Sequence record: DRR723986_7057
Length of the DNA: 48,026 bases
Reading direction: 5' to 3' (one strand)
Part shown: one piece after another, positions 9,416 to 20,262 of the stretch
Position numbering within the stretch: the stretch's first letter is position 1
How the letters are laid out: every line of letters starts with the position of its first letter
The notes under the pieces: model-generated
The model's input: only the letters and a program-made list of their open reading frames with translations
What the model was told of the DNA's origin: nothing
Database searches by the model: none
Program-made: the position numbers and the translations under genes

Positions 9416-10813
9416 TTAGCGCTGTTGCAGTCGGGTTTCAGCGCGATCAGCGGCGGCGCGTACCTGCGCAGGTGCGGTGCCGCCAATATGGTTGCGGGCG
9501 TTGATAGAGCCTTCCAGCGTGAGCACGTCAAAGACGTCGTCTGCAATGTCGGCGCTGAACTGCTGCAGCTCTTCCAGGCTCATTTCAGACAGGTCCTTGC
9601 TCTGAGCAATACCGTAGGCCACTGACTTGCCAACCACCTCGTGGGCGTCGCGGAAGGGCAGGCCTTTGCGCACCAGGTAGTCGGCCAAATCGGTCGCCGT
9701 AGAGAAACCGCGCATCGCGGCTTCGCGGGTAACGTCGGCATTCACGGTAATGGCCGGCACCATATCGGCGTAGGCTTTGAGGCTGTCTTTTAAGGTGTCG
9801 ATCACATCGAACAGCGGCTCTTTATCTTCCTGATTGTCTTTGTTGTAGGCCAGCGGCTGCGACTTCATCAGCGTGAGCAGGCTGATCAGGTGACCGTTAA
9901 CGCGGCCGACTTTGCCGCGAATCAGCTCGGGTACATCGGGGTTTTTCTTCTGCGGCATAATCGAGGAACCGGTGCAGAACCGGTCGGGCAGGTCGATAAA
10001 ATTAAACTGCGCCGAGGTCCACAGCACCAGCTCTTCGCTGAAGCGCGACAGGTGGGTCATGATCAGGCTGCCAGCGGCGGCAAATTCAATGGCGAAGTCG
10101 CGGTCGCTTACCGAGTCCAGGGAATTCTCGGTAGGGCGGTCAAAGCCCAACAGCTGTGCGCTGTACTCGCGGTCGATGGGGTAGGTGGTGCCCGCCAGTG
10201 CGGCGGCGCCAAGGGGGCTTTGGTTCAGGCGCGCGGCGCAGTCCTGCAGGCGGCCAAAGTCGCGCTCCAGCATTTCATTCCAGGCCAGCATGTGGTGGCC
10301 AAAGCTCACCGGCTGGGCAGTTTGCAGGTGGGTAAAGCCGGGCATGATGGTGTCGGCTTCGCGGCGCGCCAGTGCCACCAAACCTTGCTGCAGGCGGGTG
10401 ATTTCGCTGCAGATGCTGCCAATCTCGTCGCGCAGGTACAGGCGAATATCGGTGGCGACCTGGTCATTGCGCGAGCGGCCGGTGTGCAGTTTCTTGCCGG
10501 TAATGCCGATCTTGTCGGTCAGGCGCGCTTCAATATTCATGTGTACGTCTTCAAGGCTTACCGACCAGTTGAATTCGCCCGCTTCAATTTCGCTGCGAAT
10601 CTCTTCCAGGCCGGTTTGGATCTGCTTGAGCTCGTCATCGCTGAGTACGCCGACTTTCGCCAACATGGCCGCGTGGGCCAGCGAGCCGTTGATGTCGTGA
10701 TGGTAGAGGCGTTGGTCAAAGCTCACCGACGCGGTGAAGCGCTCAACAAACTGGTCGGTGGCCTCGCTGAAACGCCCACCCCAAGGTTTGATAGCCGGCT
10801 CTTTGTCACTCAT
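9416..10813 (-). CDS. argH: Argininosuccinate lyase
   Basis: 'WGGRF', '[14 protein letters not shown]', '[12 protein letters not shown]' signature. Start set at MSDKEP (10813) because an extended -10 lies inside the longer ORF. Confidence 0.97.
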   Translation of the reverse strand: MSDKEPAIKPWGGRFSEATDQFVERFTASVSFDQRLYHHDINGSLAHAAMLAKVGVLSDDELKQIQTGLEEIRSEIEAGEFNWSVSLEDVHMNIEARLTDKIGITGKKLHTGRSRNDQVATDIRLYLRDEIGSICSEITRLQQGLVALARREADTIMPGFTHLQTAQPVSFGHHMLAWNEMLERDFGRLQDCAARLNQSPLGAAALAGTTYPIDREYSAQLLGFDRPTENSLDSVSDRDFAIEFAAAGSLIMTHLSRFSEELVLWTSAQFNFIDLPDRFCTGSSIMPQKKNPDVPELIRGKVGRVNGHLISLLTLMKSQPLAYNKDNQEDKEPLFDVIDTLKDSLKAYADMVPAITVNADVTREAAMRGFSTATDLADYLVRKGLPFRDAHEVVGKSVAYGIAQSKDLSEMSLEELQQFSADIADDVFDVLTLEGSINARNHIGGTAPAQVRAAADRAETRLQQR

Positions 10814-10871
10814 TGCAAACAGGTCCTGTGTCATTGGGCGCTGCGCGGGCAGCCCATCGGAAAAGCGGCAG

Positions 10872-10880
10872 AGTATAGCA
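10872..10880 (-). promoter_or_regulatory. Extended -10 element (sigma70) for argH
   Basis: TGCTATACT on the minus strand about 60 bp upstream of the proposed start. Confidence 0.55.
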
Positions 10881-11002
10881 GAAATTACCGCGCTCTCGCT
10901 GGCTGTCTGCGCCGGGGCTGCCACTCACCGCCGTAACGTTTATGTAATATAGCGTGGCCATAATTTCGCGTGCCGAAAACTCCTGTGAAGTAAGGATCCG
11001 CC

Positions 11003-12616
11003 ATGACCCAGGCGACTGCGCCGCGCGCCAAATTAGTGGAGCAATTGTGGCAACTAAAAGCTGCTTTTGAGCAGGCCCAGGACGGCCGAAGTATTCATTT
11101 TGACACCTTGCTGCGCGACTCGGATTACCGTCGCGAGCTGATCAACGAAGCGGCGATGAGCCGTCATCGGGAGATGCGTGACCTCGGGCGCAGCCTCAGA
11201 GTGATCAACACCGACGGCGAGCTGCGTGCCTCCCAGCATTCGCGCAAACCCGTTAACCCCGACATTGCCGAGATGATGGACTGGCAGTCGCAGCAGCCAG
11301 CCGAAGAGGCCGTGCGTTCCCGGCGCTGGTGGCTGTGGTTGCTGCTGCCCGCGCTGTTGCTTGCCGTATCGCTATGGTGGGTATTGGGGCGCGGACACGA
11401 GCAGCTTGTCAGTGGCTCCCTGCACGGCGATCACGTGTGGACGGCGGATAAAACGTGGATTCTCGACGATATCGTCTATGTTGAGGCCGCTGCCACGCTA
11501 ACGATCGAACCCGGTACGGTGGTGCTGGGGCAGCCCGGTAGCGCCCTGGTGGTCACCCGCGACGGCCAAATCATGGCGCGCGGCCGCGCCGATGCGCCGA
11601 TTGTCTTTACCAGCGCGCAACCGGAAGGCGGGCGCAAGGCCGGCGACTGGGGCGGTCTGGTACTGCTCGGCAATGCGCCGGTAAATACCCTGGATGCGCA
11701 GGTAGAAGGGGTGCCGACCAGCGATACGCGAGGGATGTTCGGCGGTGTCGACAGTCGCGATAACTGCGGCGTGCTGGAATTTGTGCGCGTGGAGTTCGCG
11801 GGGTACGAGGTGTATGCCAATAATGAACTCAACGGCTTAACGCTGGGGGGCTGCGGCAGTAATACCATTGTGCGCCACGTGCAGGTGCATCGCGCTTCCG
11901 ACGACGGCATAGAGATTTTTGGCGGCACGGTGGATATGAAGCATATCCTCATTAGTGGCGCTGCCGATGACTCGCTGGACTGGGATATGGGGTGGCGCGG
12001 CCGCGTGCAGTTTCTGCAGGTGCTGCAGTATCCGGGGTTGGGTGACAATGCCATCGAGGCAGACAACCGCAATGGCCGCGAGGATGCTCAGCCAATCTCG
12101 GAGCCGCAGTTCTACAATGTGACGCTGCTGTCGCTTAACAGCGACGATAAATACCAGCGCGCCATGACCCTGCGGCGCGGCACCGGCGGCCACTTTCACA
12201 ATATGATTATCAGCGGCTTCTCCGGTGAAACTATCGATATCAAAGGGCGCGTCAGTGCCAGCCGGCTATCGACGGGAATGATGAGCTTTGGCGGCCTGCT
12301 GCTGTATAACAACGGTCGCGATGGTCGCAGTCACTTTATTGAAGAACTCGGCAAGCAAGACGACGACGGCGGCTTTGATGAAGCGGCGTATTTCGCCTCG
12401 CTGGCACGCCGCGACATCTCGCCAGAGTTCAGTGTGCCGGTTGACCCGGTTCGCGTTCCCGATTTTCGCGTCGGCAGTAAGTCTCCTGCCGGGCGGGGGG
12501 CTGTCGCGGTTCCCGAAGGCGAATTTTGGGATCAGGGCGCCAACTATCTCGGCGCGGTGCGGCCGGGCAGCGCCAGCACCTGGATGAATGGTTGGACGGC
12601 ATTTGCGCCAAACTGA
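11003..12616 (+). CDS. Membrane-anchored right-handed beta-helix (pectin-lyase-like) protein of unknown function
   Basis: About 105-aa soluble N-terminus, one hydrophobic helix (WWLWLLLPALLLAVSLWWVL), then 'LTIEPGT', 'PIVFTS', 'GDWGGLVLLGNA', 'NGLTLGG', 'DDGIEIFGG', 'DDSLDWDMGW' repeats; AAGGA RBS. Confidence 0.75.
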   Translation: MTQATAPRAKLVEQLWQLKAAFEQAQDGRSIHFDTLLRDSDYRRELINEAAMSRHREMRDLGRSLRVINTDGELRASQHSRKPVNPDIAEMMDWQSQQPAEEAVRSRRWWLWLLLPALLLAVSLWWVLGRGHEQLVSGSLHGDHVWTADKTWILDDIVYVEAAATLTIEPGTVVLGQPGSALVVTRDGQIMARGRADAPIVFTSAQPEGGRKAGDWGGLVLLGNAPVNTLDAQVEGVPTSDTRGMFGGVDSRDNCGVLEFVRVEFAGYEVYANNELNGLTLGGCGSNTIVRHVQVHRASDDGIEIFGGTVDMKHILISGAADDSLDWDMGWRGRVQFLQVLQYPGLGDNAIEADNRNGREDAQPISEPQFYNVTLLSLNSDDKYQRAMTLRRGTGGHFHNMIISGFSGETIDIKGRVSASRLSTGMMSFGGLLLYNNGRDGRSHFIEELGKQDDDGGFDEAAYFASLARRDISPEFSVPVDPVRVPDFRVGSKSPAGRGAVAVPEGEFWDQGANYLGAVRPGSASTWMNGWTAFAPN

Positions 12617-12702
12617 CGCGCGCCGATGAGTTGGGCGGTTTAGTCTGTCAGGCGGCTGGCGTATGATACGGCGCTGATGCTTTACACGGACCCACGCTAA
12701 TC

Positions 12703-13659
12703 ATGTCTGAACAGCCCTCGCGCACGCTGCGCATTGCCACCCGCGAAAGTCTGCTTGCTCTCTGGCAGGCCGAATATATCAAAGCCCGCTTGGAAGCCTG
12801 TCACCCGGGGCTGCAGGTTGAACTGCTTGGCATGACCACCCGCGGCGACCAGCTGCTGGACTCGCCGCTGTCGAAAATTGGCGGCAAGGCGCTGTTCGTT
12901 AAAGAGTTGGAACAGGCACTGCTTGATGGCCGAGCGGATATTGCTGTGCACTCGATGAAAGATGTGCCGATGGAATTTCCCGAAGGCCTGGGGCTGGCAA
13001 TTATCTGCGAGCGTGAAGATCCCCGCGATGCGTTTGTCAGCAACCAGTACGCCGACGTCGATGCCCTGCCGCAAGGGGCGAGAGTGGGCACCAGCAGCCT
13101 GCGTCGCGAATGCCAGTTGCGCGCCCGGCGCCCCGACTTGCAGATCAGTAGCCTGCGCGGCAACGTGCAAACCCGCCTGCGCAAGTTAGATGACGGCGAG
13201 TTCGATGCCATTATTTTAGCCTCAGCCGGTTTGATTCGCCTGGAACTGCAGCAGCGGATCGCCTCCTATATGAATGTTGAAGACAGTTTGCCCGCTTGTG
13301 GTCAGGGTGCGGTGGGCGTCGAAACCCGCTTGGACGACAACTGGGTACGTGAACTGCTGGCGCCGCTGCACGACGCAGACAGCGCGGCCAAAGTGATGGC
13401 CGAGCGCGCCATGAACACGCGCTTACAAGGTGGCTGCCAAGTGCCGATTGCCGGTTATGCCATTACTGACGACAGCCGCGACGACCACTTGTGGCTGCGT
13501 GCGCTGGTGGGCGAGCCCGATGGCAGCCGCGTACTGCGTGCAGAATTAAGCGCACCGGCGGCTGACCCAGAAGCCCTTGGTGTGGCGGTTGCCGAGGCAC
13601 TGCTGGCTCAGGGTGCGGGTGACATTTTGGCGGCGGTTTACGGTGACCAGCAGCACTGA
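12703..13659 (+). CDS. hemC: Hydroxymethylbilane synthase (porphobilinogen deaminase)
   Basis: '[14 protein letters not shown]', '[11 protein letters not shown]', 'AVHSMKD', 'GTSSLRR', 'LQGGCQVPI'. Confidence 0.98.
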   Translation: MSEQPSRTLRIATRESLLALWQAEYIKARLEACHPGLQVELLGMTTRGDQLLDSPLSKIGGKALFVKELEQALLDGRADIAVHSMKDVPMEFPEGLGLAIICEREDPRDAFVSNQYADVDALPQGARVGTSSLRRECQLRARRPDLQISSLRGNVQTRLRKLDDGEFDAIILASAGLIRLELQQRIASYMNVEDSLPACGQGAVGVETRLDDNWVRELLAPLHDADSAAKVMAERAMNTRLQGGCQVPIAGYAITDDSRDDHLWLRALVGEPDGSRVLRAELSAPAADPEALGVAVAEALLAQGAGDILAAVYGDQQH

Positions 13660-14464
13660 TCTGCAGGGCCTGCGCATTCTTATCACCCGGCCCGAGGGCC
13701 GCAACGAAGAATTGCGCAGCGCCCTGGTTGCCGCTGGTGCTCAGGTCTGGGTGCAACCGCTGCTGCGCATCGTTCCCCTGGACGAAAACGACGAGCGCTA
13801 TCAGCGCGCGCGTCGCTGCCTATTGGACCTGGACCTTTACCAGCACATTATTTTCATCAGCGTGAACGCGGTGGCCTGCGGTATGGCCATGATCGATGAT
13901 CTATGGCCGCAGTACCCGCTGGGTGTGCGCTGTCACGCCATCGGCGCTGCCACGGCCAAAGCGCTCCATGACTGGCCGTGGCCTGCCGGCGCGCTTACGC
14001 CTTTGGAGGCGCAACAAGGCGGCGCGATGGACAGCGACAGCTTGCTGGCTAGTGCGGCGTTTAACGGGGTTGACGGGCAGCGAGTGTTGATTGTTCGCGG
14101 CTGCGGTGGCCGCGAGCAGTTGGCGCAAAAACTCCGTGAACGCAACGCGCGGGTAGACTATGCTGAGTGCTATCAGCGCTGTGGGCCGGGTGAGGCCGCC
14201 GATGATTTACAGTCGCAGTTAGAGGCGGCGTCGATTCAGTTGGTATGCCTGAACAGCGGCGACACATTACAGCAATTTACCCAGCGCATTGCCGCTGCGC
14301 GACGCGATGAGTATCACTTGGTTCTACCCAGTGCGCGGGTGCAGCAACTGGCCCAAGAGGCCGGTTTTAGACATACCCTTCTTGCAGAAAATGCCGGTAC
14401 AGCAGCGACGCTGGCGGCGATAAAAACGTGGCAGAGAGAACACAATGTCGGAAACCCAAAATGA
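13643..14464 (+). CDS. hemD: Uroporphyrinogen-III synthase
   Basis: 'ILITRP', 'IFISVNAV', 'AIGAATA', '[10 protein letters not shown]', 'ECYQR'; probable GTG start at 13643 overlapping the end of hemC. Confidence 0.92.
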   Translation: MTSSTDLQGLRILITRPEGRNEELRSALVAAGAQVWVQPLLRIVPLDENDERYQRARRCLLDLDLYQHIIFISVNAVACGMAMIDDLWPQYPLGVRCHAIGAATAKALHDWPWPAGALTPLEAQQGGAMDSDSLLASAAFNGVDGQRVLIVRGCGGREQLAQKLRERNARVDYAECYQRCGPGEAADDLQSQLEAASIQLVCLNSGDTLQQFTQRIAAARRDEYHLVLPSARVQQLAQEAGFRHTLLAENAGTAATLAAIKTWQREHNVGNPK

Positions 14465-15557
14465 CAACAAGGACGTGGCGGTAGCCGCCGACGATACCCC
14501 AACCACTTCAACACCGTCGCAAAAAACACCTGCTGCAAAGAGCAAGTCTGGCAAAGCGGGCGCCGTGGCAACGCTGGCTCTGCTGGTGTCGCTATCCGCG
14601 CTGGCAGCGGCTGCCTGGCTGTACTACCAACTTATCTATCTCAATCAGCAGCAGAGCGCGCAATTCCTCAGCGATATCACTGCGCAGGTGCAGGGCCTTG
14701 ATCAGCGCAGTCAATCGAGTGCGACAGCGCTGGACCGCCAACGCGAACGCCTGACCGAACTCGACAGCGCACTGGATCAGCAGCGCGCGGTTGTTCAGCG
14801 ACAAATTCAACAGCTGAGCGACAAAGTACAAAGCCTCAGTTCGGTCGACCGCAATGACTGGCTGCTGGCCGAGGCCGAGTATTTATTGCGACTGGCCAAT
14901 CAACGCTTGCAGCTCAGTGGTGACAGTCGCGCCGCAGCACAGTTGTTAGCCAGTGCCGATACTATTTTGCGCGAGCTGGACGATCCGGCGTTATACCCGG
15001 TGAGGGAAGCGCTGGCGGCAGAACTCGCTGCCTTGCAGGGCAGCTCCAGCTTTGATCTGGAGGGTGCCTACCTGCAATTGCAAGGGCTGGCGGACGCTGC
15101 CGAGTCACTGGCGGTCTACGAGGCCCCGAGCTATCAGGCTGAGCCTCAGCCGGCGAGAGACGCCTCCTGGCAGGAGGGCTTGAAAGCAGGATTTGAACGC
15201 GCTTGGGCGAAGTTGCGTAGCTATGTGCGCATTCGTCAGCACGATGAAAAATTCAAGGCCGAGCTGGCGCCGGAGCAGGCGACCGCCCTGCGCGCCAGTT
15301 TGCGAATGATGCTGGAGCAGGCGCAATTGGCATTGTTGGCAGAGCGCCCGGCCCTGTACCGCCGCTCGCTGGATAAGGCGCTGGCGTGGCTGGAGCGCTA
15401 CTACCCGCTGAATGATGGCAGTCAGGCGCTGGCTGCATCTTTGGAAGAACTGCGAGCGGCCGAGATTCGCGCCGAGCGCCCGGATATTTCTGCGTCGCTG
15501 CGGGCCCTGAAAGACTACAGCAAAACCCGCCGCTGGCAGCGCGAGGTGGGCCAATGA
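14445..15557 (+). CDS. hemX: HemX family membrane protein
   Basis: N-terminal TM, coiled coil, 'DWLLAEAEYLLRLANQRL', 'LEQAQLALL'; position in the hemCDXY operon. Confidence 0.92.
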   Translation: MSETQNDNKDVAVAADDTPTTSTPSQKTPAAKSKSGKAGAVATLALLVSLSALAAAAWLYYQLIYLNQQQSAQFLSDITAQVQGLDQRSQSSATALDRQRERLTELDSALDQQRAVVQRQIQQLSDKVQSLSSVDRNDWLLAEAEYLLRLANQRLQLSGDSRAAAQLLASADTILRELDDPALYPVREALAAELAALQGSSSFDLEGAYLQLQGLADAAESLAVYEAPSYQAEPQPARDASWQEGLKAGFERAWAKLRSYVRIRQHDEKFKAELAPEQATALRASLRMMLEQAQLALLAERPALYRRSLDKALAWLERYYPLNDGSQALAASLEELRAAEIRAERPDISASLRALKDYSKTRRWQREVGQ

Positions 15558-16771
15558 TCCTGTTTCTCGCGGCACTGTTTGCGCTGGCCGCTGCCGCCGC
15601 GATTGCGGTGGCGATTCAGTACGACAGCGGCTATGTCTTGTTGGCCTATGGCCATACCACCGTTGAGATGACCCTGTGGGTGGCGCTGGCGCTGCTGGCG
15701 CTATTCTTGTTTGTGGTGTGGTTGCTGTTCAGCCTGTTGCGCCGCAGTGCACGCCTGTCTGACAAGTTAGGCGCCCTGCGTGGTCAGCGGCGTCAGCAAC
15801 GCGAGCGTCAACGCAGTCACCGTGGGGTCATCGCCTATACCCAGGGCAACTGGTTGCAGGCCAAGCGTTTGCTGCTGTCGAGTGCCAGTAGCGACAAACC
15901 GCTGATTAATTATTTACTGGCAGCGCGTGCCTGCCAGCGCTTGGGCGATGAGCGCGGCGCACTCCAGGCGCTGAGCCAGGCAAAGAACTGCGGCACTCAA
16001 GCGGGTCTTGCGGCAGCCCTCACACAGGCGGAGTTGCAACTCGACAACGGCCAGTTGGAAGAGGCATTGGCAACCTTGAACCGCTTGGGTAAAAGTGCCG
16101 AGCGTCAACCCGCAACGCTGCTGCTGCTCGCGCGTGCCTATCGCGGCCTGGGTGATTGGCAGGCGTTATTGGCGTTACTGCCGGAATTGAACAAGCGGAA
16201 ATTGCTTCAGGAGTCGGCGCGGCGAGAGCTGGAACTCGAGGCCCTGCGCGGCCAATTGCTGCGGTTGCGCCACGGTGGCGATGCCGAGCCGCTGCTTAAA
16301 TGGTGGCAGCAGCTGGGGCGAAGCAGCCACCTTCGCAGTGAACTGCTGGAAGACATGGTACCGGCGCTGCTGTCGCTGGGGCGTAGCAGCGAGGCCAGTA
16401 AATTAGTTCGCGCTGCCATTAAACAGCAGTGGCGCGACGAGCTGGTGTTGTTGTTTGCGGCGATCAATGACGACCCCGCCCGACAGCTGCGCGTTGCCGA
16501 GTCCTGGCTGAAAGAACAACCCAACAACCCTCAGCTGCTGCTGGCATTGGCGCGTATTTGTCTGCGTAATGAGCTGTGGGGCAAAGCGCGCGAATACCTG
16601 GAAAGCGCTCACTGCATCGCGCCTTCGGCGACGGTATGCTTTGAATTATCGCGCTTGCTGGAACATCTCGGCGACGCCGAACTGGCGGCGTCGATGTTGC
16701 GCGAAGGGCTGCTTTTGCAGGGGCAGCAATTGCCGGATTTGCCAATGCCGCACTTGAGTCATCAGTCATGA
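15554..16771 (+). CDS. hemY: Heme biosynthesis-associated TPR protein HemY
   Basis: 'GYVLLAYGHTTVEMTLW', 'NYLLAARA', TPR-like repeats, 'LWGKAREYLE'; ATGA overlap with hemX. Confidence 0.92.
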   Translation: MILFLAALFALAAAAAIAVAIQYDSGYVLLAYGHTTVEMTLWVALALLALFLFVVWLLFSLLRRSARLSDKLGALRGQRRQQRERQRSHRGVIAYTQGNWLQAKRLLLSSASSDKPLINYLLAARACQRLGDERGALQALSQAKNCGTQAGLAAALTQAELQLDNGQLEEALATLNRLGKSAERQPATLLLLARAYRGLGDWQALLALLPELNKRKLLQESARRELELEALRGQLLRLRHGGDAEPLLKWWQQLGRSSHLRSELLEDMVPALLSLGRSSEASKLVRAAIKQQWRDELVLLFAAINDDPARQLRVAESWLKEQPNNPQLLLALARICLRNELWGKAREYLESAHCIAPSATVCFELSRLLEHLGDAELAASMLREGLLLQGQQLPDLPMPHLSHQS

Positions 16772-17076
16772 ATATCGATGCGCTGCGTAAAATGCTGGCG
16801 CGAGGCCAAGACAGTGCCATGCTGCGGTTCGGTTTGGGTAAAGCCTTGCTCGATGACAAACAGCCCGCTGAAGCGGCTGAGCATTTGCAGTGCTGCGTGG
16901 AACAGGACGCCGATTACTCGGCGGCTTGGAAGCTGCTCGGCCGCGCTCACCAGCAGCTTGGCGACGTCCCCGCCGCCCGCGCGGCTTGGCAGCAGGCCCT
17001 GCAAGCCGCCGCGCGCAAGGGTGATAAACAAACCGAGCGCGAAGTGCAGGTATTTTTGAAAAAGCTCGATAAGTAG
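16768..17076 (+). CDS. Small tetratricopeptide repeat protein
   Basis: 'DSAMLRFGLGKALL', 'YSAAWKLLGRA', 'GDKQTEREVQVFLKKL'; ATGA overlap with hemY. Confidence 0.85.
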   Translation: MNIDALRKMLARGQDSAMLRFGLGKALLDDKQPAEAAEHLQCCVEQDADYSAAWKLLGRAHQQLGDVPAARAAWQQALQAAARKGDKQTEREVQVFLKKLDK

Positions 17077-17097
17077 GCGCGGGCCTGGCCGCGACGC

Positions 17098-17805
17098 TTA
17101 GCTAATAAACGGGCCGCGCATCAGTTTCGGCAATACCCGGTTGATTACCTCGGCGATGTAGTCGAGGAAGAGGGTCCCCATACTGGATTTGAAATGCTGT
17201 GGGTCCTTGCTGGCGATGGCCAATACGCCGTCGATATTCCCCGGTTTAATGGGAATCAGCGCCGCCGAGCCAATGTGGTCGGCGTGTTTGCCAAACAGAA
17301 AACTTAACTCCTCGCCGCGCAATACACCGCACACGCCCTTGCCGCCACGCAACAAGCTGCCGATATGTTGTTGGGCGGTTTCCGGGCTGACCACCCGCAG
17401 TTGTGCGTTGCCCATTTTTGATGGGTCGCCGAATAAGGTCAGGCTGGCGTAGTCGATCATATCGAAATCATTCACCAGGCGGCGGCACAGGGTGTTGCTC
17501 AATTCTTCCGGCCGACGGGCTTCCAGCATGCCGAGAATCAGCGCCTTGCTGCGCTCAAAAATCACGTCGTTGTGCTGGGCGTTGTCCAGCAGGTTACTCA
17601 TGCGTGAACGCATATCCATATTGCGCTCGCGCAACACTTCCACTTGGCGCTCCAGCAAACTGACGGCTTTGCCGCTGTGATGGGCCAGCTTTAACTCGGC
17701 CAGAATGTCTTCGTTCTGCAAAAAGAAACCGGGATGGTTTCGCAGATAGCGCGCAACATCGTCTTCGCTGGGGAGACCGTCTTCTTTAGGTTTGGCTGTG
17801 TCCAC
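17098..17805 (-). CDS. yigA: DUF484 (YigA) family protein
   Basis: 'VARYLRNHPGFF', 'AVSLLERQV..LRERN', 'HFKSSMGTLFL'; downstream of dapF. Confidence 0.9.
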   Translation of the reverse strand: MDTAKPKEDGLPSEDDVARYLRNHPGFFLQNEDILAELKLAHHSGKAVSLLERQVEVLRERNMDMRSRMSNLLDNAQHNDVIFERSKALILGMLEARRPEELSNTLCRRLVNDFDMIDYASLTLFGDPSKMGNAQLRVVSPETAQQHIGSLLRGGKGVCGVLRGEELSFLFGKHADHIGSAALIPIKPGNIDGVLAIASKDPQHFKSSMGTLFLDYIAEVINRVLPKLMRGPFIS

Positions 17806-17838
17806 AGTGCATCCTTATTATTGCTGGCTGGCGTGCCG

Positions 17839-18669
17839 CTAAAGCTGAATTTGCCCTTCAAAGACCGTGGTCGCGGGCCCCGTCATAATAACGGGCTGCC
17901 CGGGCCCCGGCCAGTCGATGCTGAGCTTGCCGCCCGGCAATGTGACATTCACCTGATTATCGAGCCGGCCCTGCACAATACCCGCGACAACGGCTGCGCA
18001 GGCGCCCGTGCCACAGGCCAGGGTTTCGCCAACACCGCGTTCGAAGACGCGCAGGCGGATATTTCGGCGGTCGACAACTTGCATAAAGCCGACGTTTACG
18101 CGCTGGGGAAAGCGCGGGTGACTCTCGGCAATGGGGCCAACGCGCTCAACGGGCGCGGTGTCGACATTCTCCACGGGCAACACCACATGGGGATTGCCCA
18201 TCGATACGGCGCCGACCTGCCAGGTCTGGCCGTCGATTTCCAGTGCATAATCGGTGGCCTGCTCGGCCGCGTCGAAGGGAATGTCCGCAGGGCTTAACAC
18301 CGGGGCGCCCATATCCACGCGCACTTCGCGGTTTTCGGTAATTTCCAGTTCGATGATACCGGCGAGGGTTTCCACGCGAATGCGCGGTTTGCCGGTCAGA
18401 CGCTTGTCGCGCACAAAGCGCGCAAAGCAGCGTGCGCCGTTGCCGCACTGTTCCACCTCGCTGCCTTCGGCGTTGTAGATTCGATAGCGAAAATCCACCT
18501 CGGGTTGGGTGGGGATCTCCACCGCCAATACCTGGTCGCAGCCAATGCCAAAATGGCGATCGGCAATTTTGCGAACGTGGTGGGGCTTGAGCTTGAAGCG
18601 CTGGGTAATGAGATCGACAACCACGAAATCATTGCCCAGGCCATGCATTTTGGTAAAGCGTAGCTGCAT
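17839..18669 (-). CDS. dapF: Diaminopimelate epimerase
   Basis: '[11 protein letters not shown]', 'CGNGARC', 'SMGNPH', '[16 protein letters not shown]'. Confidence 0.98.
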   Translation of the reverse strand: MQLRFTKMHGLGNDFVVVDLITQRFKLKPHHVRKIADRHFGIGCDQVLAVEIPTQPEVDFRYRIYNAEGSEVEQCGNGARCFARFVRDKRLTGKPRIRVETLAGIIELEITENREVRVDMGAPVLSPADIPFDAAEQATDYALEIDGQTWQVGAVSMGNPHVVLPVENVDTAPVERVGPIAESHPRFPQRVNVGFMQVVDRRNIRLRVFERGVGETLACGTGACAAVVAGIVQGRLDNQVNVTLPGGKLSIDWPGPGQPVIMTGPATTVFEGQIQL

Positions 18670-18752
18670 CGTATGTCCTGTGCGGCGCCTCGCCGGTGGC
18701 GCAGTTCAACGATGCGGGGGCCACTGCTGCTGGGCGGGCCAGCGTGCGGAGT

Positions 18753-20003
18753 TTACTCCGGCAGTACGGCTTCGCCACGCATCAGGTCGGCGACAGTTTC
18801 ACGCGCGCGAATAAGGTAGTGTTGGTCGCCGTCGACCATCACTTCTGCGGCGCGTCCTCGGCTATTGTAATTGGAACTCATGGTAAATCCATAGGCGCCG
18901 CTCGATGCCAGTGCCAACAGGTCGCCACTTTCAATGCGCAACTCGCGGTCTTTGGCGAGAAAATCGCCGGTTTCACACACCGGCCCCACCACGTCGTACA
19001 GGCGGGCTTCGCCGTCGCTGCGCGGGCTAACGGGTAGTAGATCCATCCACGCTTGGTAGAGCGAGGGGCGGAGCATGTCATTCATGGCCGCGTCGATTAT
19101 GGCGAAATTCTTGTGCGGGTTGAGCTTCAAAAACTCCACCTTGGTCAGCAGCACACCGGCGTTGGCGGCGATAGAGCGGCCGGGTTCAAACATCAGTTTC
19201 ACTGCCCGGTTGCCCAAGCGCTTGCGAATAGCGGCAATATAGTCGGCCGTGGAGGGGGGAACTTCGTCGCGATAGCGCACGCCCAGGCCGCCACCCAGGT
19301 CCAAATGCTTGATCTGAATGCCCTGCGCTGCCAGCTCATCGAGCAGGGCCAGCAAGCGGTCGACAGTGTCCAAAAAGGGGCTGGTGTCGGTGAGCTGGGA
19401 GCCGATATGGCAATCAACGCCCTTCACGTCCAGGTGTTCGAGACTGGCGGCGCGCGCGTAGACGGCGGGGGCGCGGGCAATATCGATACCGAATTTATTG
19501 TCGCGCAGGCCCGTGGAAATATAGGGGTGGGTATTGGCGTCGACATCGGGATTTACGCGGATGGAAACCGGCGCCTTGCTGCCAAATTCGCCAGCCACCT
19601 CGTTGAGGCGCTCTAATTCGGCCTCGGACTCAACGTTAAAGCAGTAAATACCCACTTCCAGCGCGCGGCGCATTTCCTCTGCGGTTTTGCCGACACCGGA
19701 AAACACAACGCGATCAGCCTGGCCCCCTGCGGCCAGTACCCGCTCCAGTTCGCCGACCGAGACAATGTCAAAACCGGCGCCGAGGCGGGCCAGAACATTC
19801 AAAACGGCAATGTTGGAGTTGGCCTTTACCGCATAGCAGACCAGGTGATCCTGACCCTGCAGGGCGTCGCTGTATTCCGTAAAACGCTGCTCCAGATAGG
19901 CCCGCGAATACACATAGCAGGGGCTGCCATAGTGTTGGGCGATATCGCGCAGTGAAACGTCTTCGGCAAATAGTTCGCCGTTCTGGTAGTGGAATGCAGT
20001 CAT
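18753..20003 (-). CDS. lysA: Diaminopimelate decarboxylase
   Basis: 'YAVKANSN' PLP lysine, 'HIGSQ', 'DLGGGLG', 'EPGRSI', 'GPVCETGD', 'MSSNYNSR'. Confidence 0.98.
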   Translation of the reverse strand: MTAFHYQNGELFAEDVSLRDIAQHYGSPCYVYSRAYLEQRFTEYSDALQGQDHLVCYAVKANSNIAVLNVLARLGAGFDIVSVGELERVLAAGGQADRVVFSGVGKTAEEMRRALEVGIYCFNVESEAELERLNEVAGEFGSKAPVSIRVNPDVDANTHPYISTGLRDNKFGIDIARAPAVYARAASLEHLDVKGVDCHIGSQLTDTSPFLDTVDRLLALLDELAAQGIQIKHLDLGGGLGVRYRDEVPPSTADYIAAIRKRLGNRAVKLMFEPGRSIAANAGVLLTKVEFLKLNPHKNFAIIDAAMNDMLRPSLYQAWMDLLPVSPRSDGEARLYDVVGPVCETGDFLAKDRELRIESGDLLALASSGAYGFTMSSNYNSRGRAAEVMVDGDQHYLIRARETVADLMRGEAVLPE

Positions 20004-20012
20004 GCGTAATCT

Positions 20013-20144
20013 CTAATTCTGAGGGCTGGCGGGGGCGGTGTCTTCGCTGGGCAAGACCAGTGGCCCGGTTTGTCCGCACGCGGCTAGAGCGAGGCACAGC
20101 AGTGCAGTGGCCCAGCCAAGGTGGATACGGCGTTGCGCGGTCAT
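20013..20144 (-). CDS. lptM: LPS translocon maturation lipoprotein LptM (YifL/LppL)
   Basis: 'LAACGQTGPLVLP' lipobox plus family motif; directly upstream of lysA. Start ATG 20144 has a GGGGGTG RBS. Confidence 0.88.
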   Translation of the reverse strand: MTAQRRIHLGWATALLCLALAACGQTGPLVLPSEDTAPASPQN

Positions 20145-20230
20145 GAATACACCCCCGAAAAAATAAGCGCGTAGTATAGCGCTGCCCGCGCCTGGATGCA
20201 CCGCAGCGCTCGTCGGTGACGAGCTGAGCT

Positions 20231-20239
20231 TGCTATACT
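20231..20239 (+). promoter_or_regulatory. Extended -10 element for cyaY (a divergent TATACT for lptM lies at 20173-20178 on the minus strand)
   Basis: TGCTATACT on + and TATACT on - within the divergent intergenic region. Confidence 0.5.
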
Positions 20240-20262
20240 GGCCGACAAATTTTCAGGATGTG

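Noticed and set aside
9890-10936. 348-aa ORF on + strand
   Set aside because: Antisense shadow of argH
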